A stretch of 9,049 nucleotides of DNA from Ostreococcus tauri. Taxonomy: Eukaryota. Of the stretch, positions 1 to 7,033 are shown one piece after another; position 1 is the stretch's first letter, and every line of letters starts with the position of its first letter. A program made the translations under genes and the position numbers. The stretch spans positions 361,302 through 370,350 of the forward strand of contig CAID01000015.2 in NCBI GenBank assembly GCA_000214015.2, read 5' to 3'. The notes under the pieces were generated by a model that ran no database searches, was not told the origin of the DNA, and saw only the letters and a program-made list of their open reading frames with translations.

Positions 1-48
1 GGGGGGGGGGGGAAGACGCGGGCGAGGGAGGACGGGGACGAGGGCGGG
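1..48 (+). other. G12 homopolymer followed by closely spaced G3-G4 runs with G-quadruplex-type spacing, at the window edge
   Basis: G runs read directly at 1-12, 20-22, 26-28, 34-37, 42-44 and 46-48, separated by loops of 1-7 nt. This fits the (G3+ N1-7)x4 pattern. Folding itself is not shown by the sequence. Confidence 0.6.
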
Positions 49-61
49 ACGACCGAGGCCC

Positions 62-62
<1 letters not shown>

Positions 63-93
<31 letters not shown>

Positions 94-95
94 GA

Positions 96-126
<31 letters not shown>

Positions 127-138
127 ACGGCGACGGCG
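63..138. repeat. Imperfect (GAC/GGC)n trinucleotide microsatellite directly abutting the DnaJ ATG
   Basis: Read directly: ggcgac ggcgac ggcgac ggcgac gacgac ggagac (gac)x6 ggc gacgacgac ggc gac ggc g, then ATG at 139. Frame 1 has no stop from position 1 to 138, and also no ATG. Confidence 0.9.
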
Positions 139-966
139 ATGGAGGAGATCGTTCCGAACGCCGACGCGGAGGCGGCACCGATCGAGGATATCAAAGACAC
201 GGAGACGCTGCTGAAGGAATTTTTCAAGGATGTGTCCGAGGCGACTCGAGACGCCGAGGTGGAGCGCATCTTGTCGTGCTTTCGGTTGAATCCGTACGAG
301 TTCTTGAACGTGCGGTTCGATTGCGAGATGAAAGAGATTCCTAGGTCGTATCGTAAGATTTCGCTCCTGGTTCACCCGGATAAGTGTGCAAATAAAGACG
401 CCAAGGCGGCGTTCGACGCGCTCGGACAGGCGCAGAAGCTCCTGCTGAATGAAGACTTCAAGCGCGCGTTGGACTTCAACCTTCAGCAGGCAAAGGATGA
501 GGTGCTTCAAACTTGGAGAAAAGAGGCGCGAGATGACGTCGCGCTTCGTGTGAAATATCAGGGTAATAAGGAGGGGATGCTCGAAGACTTTAGCAAGACG
601 GATGAGTTCCACGAGCGATGGAAATTTGCGGCGCGCAAGTACATCGTTGACTTAGAGTGGCGCCGTCGTAAATTAGCGCTACGAATCAAGGGAGAAGAGA
701 AGCGCGTAACCGAAGAGGAGAAGGTGGAGGCGGCTCAGCGCCGCAAGGAGGCTCTCGAACGCAAGGAGTGGGAGCGAGAGGATCGCCGAGAGGAGCGTGT
801 GAGCGGTTGGCGAGATTTTATGAAGGGAGCAAAGACAAAGAAACAAAAAGTCCAGGGCGTTAAGATGCCGACTCTCAAAATGGAGGTTAACGAGAAAGAC
901 AAAAAGGCTGTTACTCTCGAGAGGGATCGAGTGCTTCGTCCGGACGAGGTTAAGAGGGCGTTTTAA
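139..966 (+). CDS. DNAJC8: J-domain protein, DNAJC8 (SPF31)-like
   Basis: A true ATG at 139 and TAA at 964-966. The J domain begins around aa 50 (NPYEFLNV...RKISLLVHPDK), with the HPD motif encoded at 373-381. The layout is a roughly 50-aa N-terminal lead, the J domain, then a long K/E/R-rich tail containing EDRREERVSGWRDFM. From memory this parallels human DNAJC8 (...ESRDGRVDSWRNFQ...). The ORF is uninterrupted. Confidence 0.9.
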   Translation: MEEIVPNADAEAAPIEDIKDTETLLKEFFKDVSEATRDAEVERILSCFRLNPYEFLNVRFDCEMKEIPRSYRKISLLVHPDKCANKDAKAAFDALGQAQKLLLNEDFKRALDFNLQQAKDEVLQTWRKEARDDVALRVKYQGNKEGMLEDFSKTDEFHERWKFAARKYIVDLEWRRRKLALRIKGEEKRVTEEEKVEAAQRRKEALERKEWEREDRREERVSGWRDFMKGAKTKKQKVQGVKMPTLKMEVNEKDKKAVTLERDRVLRPDEVKRAF

Positions 967-1012
967 CGCAACACATTCATTGTTTGCATGTGCAACTCTA
1001 TTACTTGTATCG

Positions 1013-3847
1013 CTAACTTTTCTCGCTACTCTCATCGACTGTGACCCAGCTCGACGTTGGGTTCGCCGTCTGTTTCACATCCGTTTCTGGTTGTTTCTCC
1101 TCTGGTGTTTCCTCCGAATTTTCCTCCGCCACGTTTTGAGTCGTCTGTGCCTTGAACGCGTTTCGTTGAGCAGCTGTTAAAGACTCTTCTGCTGGTGACG
1201 CGATTACCGGTTTAGACCTCTTCAATTGCTCGCACGCTTCCCCAGACGCCAAGAAATCAGTACCACAAGGTGGAGGACTCATCGAACGCCCACGCTTACC
1301 GAGTTCGCCGTGCGTCGGGCCTGTGTCCACTTCATCTGTGAAGACAGAGTGCTGGAGCGGGGGCGGGACAAATCGTGAGCCCTGGAAGTGGAGTACCGGC
1401 GGGCTATGATGCGGCATTTGCTCCACGACCGCATCACTCGCAGGGTCGTCATCGGACTCGAAATAATCTTCTTCGTCCTTGCTCATCGAACTGTCGCGCC
1501 TCGCGCGCTGCTCGGACAGTGCTTGAGCTGCGGCAATCTCTTCTCTGCCGTACGCTCGAGGAGAGACACCGACGCCAGGCAGCATCATGCCCGCAGGCAA
1601 ATCAATCGTCGCTGGTCCCATCCCTTGCTGATACCTAAGCTTGAGGAGTCTGAAAGTATCAACATAATAAACTTCTTCGAACCAAGATTCGTATTTCTCC
1701 ACTAGATGGTGGATCAAACCACGAATATTCTCACGTCGAATAAAGTCGACCAACTCGAGCACTACACTATTGAGCAAGTTGTACCGATCACCGTTACGTT
1801 TGAAGACCTGCATCACCGGCTCGAATGCGTTACTCTTAATCAAGTAACGGTTGTAAAATTCATCCTTCAAACTCACGCACGCTCGCAGAAATCGCACTGC
1901 TGAAACTACGACGTACTTTTCTCGGCGCTCTGTCAACTGCAACACGTGCTGCAACACGTGGTTGCGAAGCATGAAGTACTTGATCCGATACGCATGATTC
2001 TGGACCAAAAATATCATTAGATCGATAATTTTGGTTAAAGACCATGCCGGAACGCGCTCGCCGACTTCACTATCCTTGTCTCCGATGTCTACTTTGCCTA
2101 ACGTGATGCGGGCGACGATGGATTCCATGTGCTTATCGTAAAAGATTTCCAAGAGTTTGTCCTTTTCCGGTTGCGTTCCCTCCATCGTTTCGGGATCTGT
2201 CAAGAACAGTAGTATCTCTAGGTAAGTTGCCTGGATCCCGTCGGTTCCCGTCAAGAACATGCGCACTAACTGCGAAAACATGTTTTGTTCTGGTTTCTGC
2301 GCATCTTGTTCCACCATGAATTTTCGAAGCACCAAGGGATCATTCTGCAGGCTCGACATGAGCACATCCGCCGCCTTCAGTTGCGAGTACTCATCACCAT
2401 GCACCAAAATATCTGTTAACACATCGTACAACCCGTGTTTCTCGAGCGTCGCGAACACCTGGAGCCGCGGTTGGTTCTGAAGGTGTCTCGCGAGCGTACA
2501 TAGTTCTTGCAGGAACCCGACCAAGTCGTTCCAGTCCTCTTCACCGGGTTTCGACTCGTTCAATCTCTTGAACAACTCTGCGAAGAATTCAGGCTCGTCG
2601 TGCAACGCCTGCACGACTTCGACATTGTTGCACATCATCATCGTAGTGAGCGTGCTGAAGGCTGCATCGTCCAACACGCGAGGGAGGATAGCGTCCTTCA
2701 GATAACCCAAACGACACGTCTGATGAATCTTTTCCCGAATCAGCTTATTATTTATGGGTACAACTTCCTTGAAAACCACGTTCTCTTTGAGAAACTGTCG
2801 ATGATGGACGCGTTCAAGTTGCTCGGGATCGTATTCGAGCGTTCCGACGAAGTCAAACACGTTCTGCTCTCTGAGCAATATCTCGTACAAGTTAGGGTCG
2901 TTTAAGTTGACCAAGCCCCTAAAAATGGCGTAAAACAAGTGCAAGCTCTCAATATCGTCCACGTCTTCACACTGCCTGAAAAGTTCGAAAAGTCTCGGCA
3001 AATAATCCTGGGAACTCATTATTTGAAGCGGTATGCGCTCGCGAGCAAAGTGAGAGCCACTTGTGATGAGTATGAGCAGCTTTTCCAAGTTCCCGAGCTC
3101 GGGTTCCGGTAGAGGTTCGATTTGTGCGTTTCTTCCCATACGCATGTAAACCTGTGCGTCGCCGCCGCCGAGAAAACCTCCCCGTTCTGGTTCAAACTGA
3201 AAGACTTGAAATTCTGACCCGGTGTCCATCGCCATGAGCTTTGAATCGTCATTATCGCCCAGGGCTCCCGCGCCTTGCTGCGAGTACGACCTTTGCACAG
3301 AGTTGATCTGCTCCCAAATAAAGTTACACCCCACTCCCTCCTGAAAACTGAGCGCAATGTCCGCCCCGAGCTCGGGGTCGAGCCAGGATATGATGGTCTC
3401 GCACTCTTGCCTAGAGTAAAAATTTCGCTCTTGCGATATCCTGTGCACCAACAGCGGCTCTTGGTTTTGTTCCGACATCACCACCAATCCGATCGAGCTC
3501 GATTGCTGCGCGTTCGCGAACGATCGCGTTTCGTCAGTCTTTCTCGCAAGTTTGAGTTTCACAAGATCTCTCACCTCGAGGTACTCGCACGAGGCGAACC
3601 CGGTGCCCTTATCGTCCCAGTGCCCTCGATCGTTCAACCTGTACAACTTCACCCGCGCCATGGCATTCATTTTGCCGTCGTCGCCCGTCGCGCCTCCCAA
3701 GTTCGGCGCCACCGTCGGTGACGTCGACGCGTCGCCGACGGCGTTCGCATTCGCCCTCGCGACATCCTCGACGGAGAATTCAAATCCATTCTCCGGTACC
3801 GTCGTCTCGTCCGCGCCATCCGCGTCGCCCCCTTGGACCGACTCCAT
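1013..3847 (-). CDS. PPP4R3: Serine/threonine-protein phosphatase 4 regulatory subunit 3 (SMEK/PP4R3/Psy2 family)
   Basis: The N-terminal RanBD/EVH1-like block is VKLYRLNDRGHWDDKGTGFASCEY. Many blocks match my recollection of human SMEK1: ALSFQEGVGCNFIWEQI, LEYDPEQ, VFKEVVPI, KIHQTCRLGYLKD, LKDEFYNRYLIKSNAFEPVM and NGDRYNLLNSVVLELVDFIR. The stop is TAG at 1013-1015. The ORF-track start at 3904 is GTG (plus-strand cac at 3902-3904). The first in-frame ATG is at 3847, in the context ACCATGG. Alternative ATGs at 3670 and 3661 lie just before the conserved domain. Confidence 0.9.
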   Translation of the reverse strand: MESVQGGDADGADETTVPENGFEFSVEDVARANANAVGDASTSPTVAPNLGGATGDDGKMNAMARVKLYRLNDRGHWDDKGTGFASCEYLEVRDLVKLKLARKTDETRSFANAQQSSSIGLVVMSEQNQEPLLVHRISQERNFYSRQECETIISWLDPELGADIALSFQEGVGCNFIWEQINSVQRSYSQQGAGALGDNDDSKLMAMDTGSEFQVFQFEPERGGFLGGGDAQVYMRMGRNAQIEPLPEPELGNLEKLLILITSGSHFARERIPLQIMSSQDYLPRLFELFRQCEDVDDIESLHLFYAIFRGLVNLNDPNLYEILLREQNVFDFVGTLEYDPEQLERVHHRQFLKENVVFKEVVPINNKLIREKIHQTCRLGYLKDAILPRVLDDAAFSTLTTMMMCNNVEVVQALHDEPEFFAELFKRLNESKPGEEDWNDLVGFLQELCTLARHLQNQPRLQVFATLEKHGLYDVLTDILVHGDEYSQLKAADVLMSSLQNDPLVLRKFMVEQDAQKPEQNMFSQLVRMFLTGTDGIQATYLEILLFLTDPETMEGTQPEKDKLLEIFYDKHMESIVARITLGKVDIGDKDSEVGERVPAWSLTKIIDLMIFLVQNHAYRIKYFMLRNHVLQHVLQLTERREKYVVVSAVRFLRACVSLKDEFYNRYLIKSNAFEPVMQVFKRNGDRYNLLNSVVLELVDFIRRENIRGLIHHLVEKYESWFEEVYYVDTFRLLKLRYQQGMGPATIDLPAGMMLPGVGVSPRAYGREEIAAAQALSEQRARRDSSMSKDEEDYFESDDDPASDAVVEQMPHHSPPVLHFQGSRFVPPPLQHSVFTDEVDTGPTHGELGKRGRSMSPPPCGTDFLASGEACEQLKRSKPVIASPAEESLTAAQRNAFKAQTTQNVAEENSEETPEEKQPETDVKQTANPTSSWVTVDESSEKS

Positions 3848-4225
3848 GGTGACGCTAGAGTCGAACTCGACGCGTCCACGGCGTCGAGATGATCCTAGAA
3901 GCACGGGACGACGAAATGAAAAGCAAAAATCAAATGCAAGTCAAATGTCACTCGAACGATTCTCGCGCGTACTCGTTCCGTCGACACCACGCCTTCGTGC
4001 GTTCGGGGACGAAACGGACGCGATGTGGTGTCGCGGACGACGCGCGCCGGTGCACGCCGAGCGCGACGCGCGCGACGGAGAGTGCGGTGTGAACGGTTGG
4101 ACAGACAGCAGGGCACTCCGAGGTACGCGACGAGGCGAGCGCGCGCGCGATCGAACGACCGAACGCATGACGTCGACGCGGTGAAGATTTCGTGTGACTA
4201 GGAGTGCTACTAAAATCGGGACGCG

Positions 4226-4725
4226 TCAAAGCTTCGTGACGGTGGCGGTGGACGCGGCGGCGGCGCGGGCGGGATCGAGCGCGGCCGCGCGCTTGAGCGT
4301 TTCGTCCACCTCGCGAATGAGCTTGGTGTTTTTCTGCGTCGAAGAAAAGCGACGACGGGGCGTTCGTCAGTCTGCGTCGACATTTTCACGCGTTGACGCA
4401 TCGATCGATCGCGCGTGCGCGTCGTCCCGCGAGCGTTCGTCGCGTCGAGCGCGTACCGCGGCGTTGCGCTGTCGCGTCTGAGACATCTTGTAAAACGCGT
4501 GCGTCTTCCACACGAGTCCTCCTGTTGACCCATAGCGATGGAGACGCGTCGTCAGTCGTCGCATCTCGAACGCGCGCGCGTCGTTCGAGCGTTCGGCGCG
4601 AGCCAGACACCGTTCAAGCGCTCGAACACGCTCGAGGTTGCGCAGGTCTTCCTCGTCTTCGTCGTCGACGCACCTCGCGCGTTCGGGCCCTTCTTCACCG
4701 CCATGAGGAAAAACGAGGTGAACAT
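4226..4725 (-). CDS. Putative small spliced gene of about 67-74 aa; product unrecognised and gene model uncertain
   Basis: The terminal exon 4226-4333 encodes KNTKLIREVDETLKRAAALDPARAAAASTATVTKL*. It has mostly G/C at third codon positions and is not Arg/Ala-junk-like. A strong acceptor, gcttttcttcgacgcag|AAAAAC, sits at 4334-4350. A 123-nt in-frame intron (4334-4456) starts with donor GCG|GTACGC and contains the in-frame TGA. The upstream exon 4457-4521 encodes GLVWKTHAFYKMSQTRQRNAA. Model A has exon 1 from ATG 4725 or 4704 to 4674, ending in phase 1 at AG|GTGCGT, with an acceptor caacag| at 4522-4524 that is also phase 1, so the phases are compatible. Model B is a two-exon gene from ATG 4564. 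There is no transcript or homology support. Confidence 0.3.
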
Positions 4726-4903
4726 GACGCGATGCGTGGAGTCGCGGCCTCGATCGGCGCCGTGCGTTTCGCGCGCGCGCCGACGAGTGCGGCGCGCGCG
4801 GTCGGAGCGAACGAGACGCGGCGACGCGTCGACGCGCAAAGGCTACCAGAACTATTTCAATCGCTACCCGGCTAATGGAACAACGAATGAAGCGCGACTA
4901 AAA

Positions 4904-5599
4904 TCAACACAATAACTCGTTCGTCGTTCGCGTCAACTCCTCGACGTCGACTCGACCGCGTTCGAGGACGTACGACGCCACGCGTTCCATCTCGCTCGGC
5001 GACACGCGAACGAATCGCCCGCGGTGCTCGTCCACGACGCCCGAGATCGCGCGCGAGGCCTCGAGCGCGCGAACGCGCTTACGTATCGTGTCAGGTTTCT
5101 TGAATCCGAACCTCGCGGAGAGCTCGTCGAAGCGAGAGATCCTGCGTCGCTCGAGCGCGCGGACGAGCGTCTCGTCCGACACCTCCGGCTCGACGTCCTC
5201 CGCGGGCGCGCGCGCATCTTCCGCCCGTCCGTACCTCGCCGCGTACTCCATCTCTTCCATCTCTCGAGCCTCCCATCGCTGTCTATACATCTCCAGCTTG
5301 GCCTCCTTTCTCGTCATCGGCGGCGCCGCCGCGTCCCGCTCATCCATAACCGCGTCGTCGAATCCGTCTCCGCCCTCCCCCTCACCCCTCCGCGCGTTCG
5401 CCCGTCTGCGCGCTCGACGCTCCGCGCGCGCCATCCCTCCCTCGCCCGCCTCTCTTCCTCGCTCGCCGTCGACGTCTCGTTCTCTTCCGAGTCGTTCTCT
5501 CGCGCGCTCCGTCTTCGCCAAGTGCGCCACCGAGACGAACGCGGCGAGCAAGCACAGGAGAAACGCCGCGGCGGCGACGACGACGACGACCGTTCGCAT
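4904..5599 (-). CDS. DDRGK1: DDRGK domain-containing protein 1 (UFBP1, UFM1-binding ER adaptor) homolog
   Basis: The C-terminus ISGVVDEHRGRFVRVSPSEMERVASYVLERGRVDVEELTRTTNELL aligns with my recollection of human DDRGK1, [45 protein letters not shown]. The N-terminal hydrophobic anchor MRTVVVVVAAAAFLLCLLAAFVSV is followed by an R/E-rich charged region, matching the family architecture. The ORF-track start at 5644 is GTG. The first ATG is at 5599 (plus-strand cat at 5597-5599), placing the anchor at the extreme N-terminus as in the family. Confidence 0.85.
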   Translation of the reverse strand: MRTVVVVVAAAAFLLCLLAAFVSVAHLAKTERARERLGRERDVDGERGREAGEGGMARAERRARRRANARRGEGEGGDGFDDAVMDERDAAAPPMTRKEAKLEMYRQRWEAREMEEMEYAARYGRAEDARAPAEDVEPEVSDETLVRALERRRISRFDELSARFGFKKPDTIRKRVRALEASRAISGVVDEHRGRFVRVSPSEMERVASYVLERGRVDVEELTRTTNELLC

Positions 5600-5827
5600 C
5601 GTCCGTCCCCCGCGCGGTGCCCCTCGCGCCCGTTCGCGCGTCACGCGCGCGCGGCGCGGTCACGGCGAACGGGCGCTCGTGGACGTTGAGACGTCTCGAC
5701 GGGTGATTTTCATCGAAGACCAGGGTTTAGGGACACCACGACCAGGGTTTAGGGACACCACGACCACGGCGCATCGCGAGACGTCCGCGGGCGACGGGCG
5801 TGGACGCGCGCGGACGATCGGCACCGG
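5600..5827. promoter_or_regulatory. Short divergent (bidirectional) promoter region between the DDRGK1 homolog and the D27-like gene
   Basis: The two start codons face away from each other, 228 bp apart (5599 minus strand, 5828 plus strand). The region contains the 22-bp tandem duplication. Promoter function is inferred from the geometry only. Confidence 0.5.
5719..5765 (+). repeat. Perfect tandem duplication of the 22-mer ACCAGGGTTTAGGGACACCACG (about 2.2 copies), each copy containing GGGTTTAGGG
   Basis: Read directly: 5719-5740 and 5741-5762 are identical, and the next bases (ACCA) start a third copy. TTTAGGG occurs at 5726-5732 and 5748-5754. Confidence 0.95.
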
Positions 5828-6721
5828 ATGCCGACGACGATCGCGCGCGCGCTCGATCGCGCGAGCGTCGCGCGCGGTCTCGGGCGCGGACGCGGACGTC
5901 CACGAGACGGTGGACGGGGGACGATGGGACGACGGGCGGACGTCGACGGTGGAAGCGACGTCTCGGTGGGCTCGAGAGGGGTTCGAGCGCGGGCGACGTC
6001 GACGACCACGGAGTCGTACTCGTTCTTTGACCTCGCGCGGGCGGAGTTTCCGGAGGATTGGAGCGAACCGGGGGTGCGGGTGCGGTACGAGGACGGGGCG
6101 TTGGATTTCGCCGTCATGGCGTGGTTCATGCGCAAAATCGGAACGGCCATCAACGCGCCGCCGCCGGGAGAGATATCGTACGACGCGTTCATCGCGCTGT
6201 GTTTCTTGCAGATGAAGGGACGAGACGCGAAGGGGATGACGGACGTCACGTCTGGGGTGATCAGATCGCTCGTGCCGCCCGGGGGAAGCGCCGTTTTCAA
6301 AACGCTGTTTCCGCTGAACAAGTTTTCGTGTGAGCTGAACGCGACGATCACGAAGATCGTTTTCGCGTGGATGGTGGGACCTATGACGGTGGAGACGACG
6401 ATGGATAATGATCTCGGGATCGAGATGGCGTCCAAGGTGCACATCAAGAAGTGTCGTTGGCTTCAAGAGAGCGGTTGCACCGCGATGTGCGTGAACATGT
6501 GCAAGTGCGCTACGCAGGAGGTTTTTACGGACGATTTCGGCTTACCGCTCACGATCAAACCGAATTTTGAGGATAAGAGTTGCGATTTTTATTTCGGTCT
6601 CACGCCGCCACCGGTGGAGAAGGACGAGGCGCTGTTGTTTGGATGCAACGCGGCGTGCGCGACGGCGGCGCCAGACTCAGAGGGGCGTCCGTGCCACAAG
6701 CTGCGTCCGTACGAAGGTTAA
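5828..6721 (+). CDS. D27: DWARF27-like beta-carotene isomerase family protein (DUF4033), probably plastid-targeted
   Basis: The conserved C-terminal block is HIKKCRWLQESGCTAMCVNMCKCATQEVFTDDFGLPLTIKPNFEDKSCDFYFGLTPPP. It matches the D27 signature as I recall it (KKCRFLEE..C.GMC.N.CK.P.Q.F....G.P....PNFEDMSC...FG..PP). The Arg/Ala/Ser/Gly-rich N-terminus is consistent with a transit peptide. ATG at 5828, an alternative ATG at 5924, and TAA at 6719-6721. Confidence 0.85.
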   Translation: MPTTIARALDRASVARGLGRGRGRPRDGGRGTMGRRADVDGGSDVSVGSRGVRARATSTTTESYSFFDLARAEFPEDWSEPGVRVRYEDGALDFAVMAWFMRKIGTAINAPPPGEISYDAFIALCFLQMKGRDAKGMTDVTSGVIRSLVPPGGSAVFKTLFPLNKFSCELNATITKIVFAWMVGPMTVETTMDNDLGIEMASKVHIKKCRWLQESGCTAMCVNMCKCATQEVFTDDFGLPLTIKPNFEDKSCDFYFGLTPPPVEKDEALLFGCNAACATAAPDSEGRPCHKLRPYEG

Positions 6722-7033
6722 GAGACGCCCGTTGCCGTGCGCGCTAACTCGTAGGACGTGTTGTTAATTTGTAAGATATTTTAGCGAGTACGCAAGGGGA
6801 GACATGTCGTGTGAAAGGTACGAAGTTCACTACTACATTGCGTTATAGTGCACTTAACTTGGAAAAATCCAAGGGCACGCAAGCGCTCACTCAGTGGTCA
6901 CACTGTGTTTTTAAATGTCGACTTTTTTCGATCGAGAGCAGTGTAAGAATGTGTACATGTCCGAGCTAGTGATGATAAAATCAACTGATCCAACGGAAGG
7001 TCGTGAAATGTGGTGCGAGGGGTGGCGTTGTTC
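6722..7033. terminator. AT-rich convergent 3'-end region shared by the D27-like and Myb genes
   Basis: The region lies between two facing stop codons (6719-6721 plus strand, 7034-7036 minus strand). It is visibly the most AT-rich part of the window; for example 6901-6960 has 22/60 G+C by hand count. TGTAA pentamers, the chlorophyte poly(A)-signal type, occur at 6770-6774 and 6942-6946 on the plus strand. Their function is not demonstrated. Confidence 0.4.

Noticed and set aside
3114-3122. tRNA T-loop-like GGTTCGATT
   Set aside because: It lies inside the PP4R3 CDS. The flanking bases do not form a T-stem, and no acceptor or anticodon arm can be drawn. I found no convincing tRNA or rRNA gene anywhere in the window.
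3848-3904. ORF-track N-terminal extensions beginning with 'M' at 3904 (PP4R3), 5644 (DDRGK1), 8536 (Myb) and 4839 (small ORF)
   Set aside because: On the sequence these start codons are GTG (plus-strand cac at 3902-3904, 5642-5644 and 8534-8536) or TTG (caa at 4837-4839). The gene content is eukaryotic, so I used the first in-frame ATG instead (3847, 5599, 8236, 4725).
3275-4184. Plus-strand ORFs 3275-3721 and 3552-4184, and the nest of 60-95-aa ORFs in 3889-4229
   Set aside because: They are antisense to the PP4R3 N-terminus or lie in GC-rich intergenic DNA. They are Arg-rich, have no domain resemblance, and several mutually overlap in different frames.
5024-6215. Long plus-strand ORFs 5088-6215 (375 aa) and 5024-5689 (221 aa), antisense to DDRGK1 and running across the promoter
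   Set aside because: Their translations are Arg/Ser/Ala/Pro low-complexity sequence with no recognisable domain. They overlap a gene with clear homology on the other strand. Stop codons are rare in DNA this GC-rich, so long open frames are expected by chance.
5660-6466. Minus-strand ORFs 5660-6466 (268 aa) and 5749-6447 (232 aa), antisense to the D27-like gene
   Set aside because: They lie opposite a strongly family-matched CDS and have Arg/Pro/His-rich junk-like composition. I treat them as shadow ORFs.
6969-6988. C/D-box snoRNA-like motifs (GUGAUGA at 6969-6975, CUGA at 6985-6988) in the AT-rich spacer
   Set aside because: The two boxes are only about 10 nt apart. I found no terminal stem, and no second properly spaced C or D box within 60-100 nt. 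This is most likely a chance match in AT-rich DNA.
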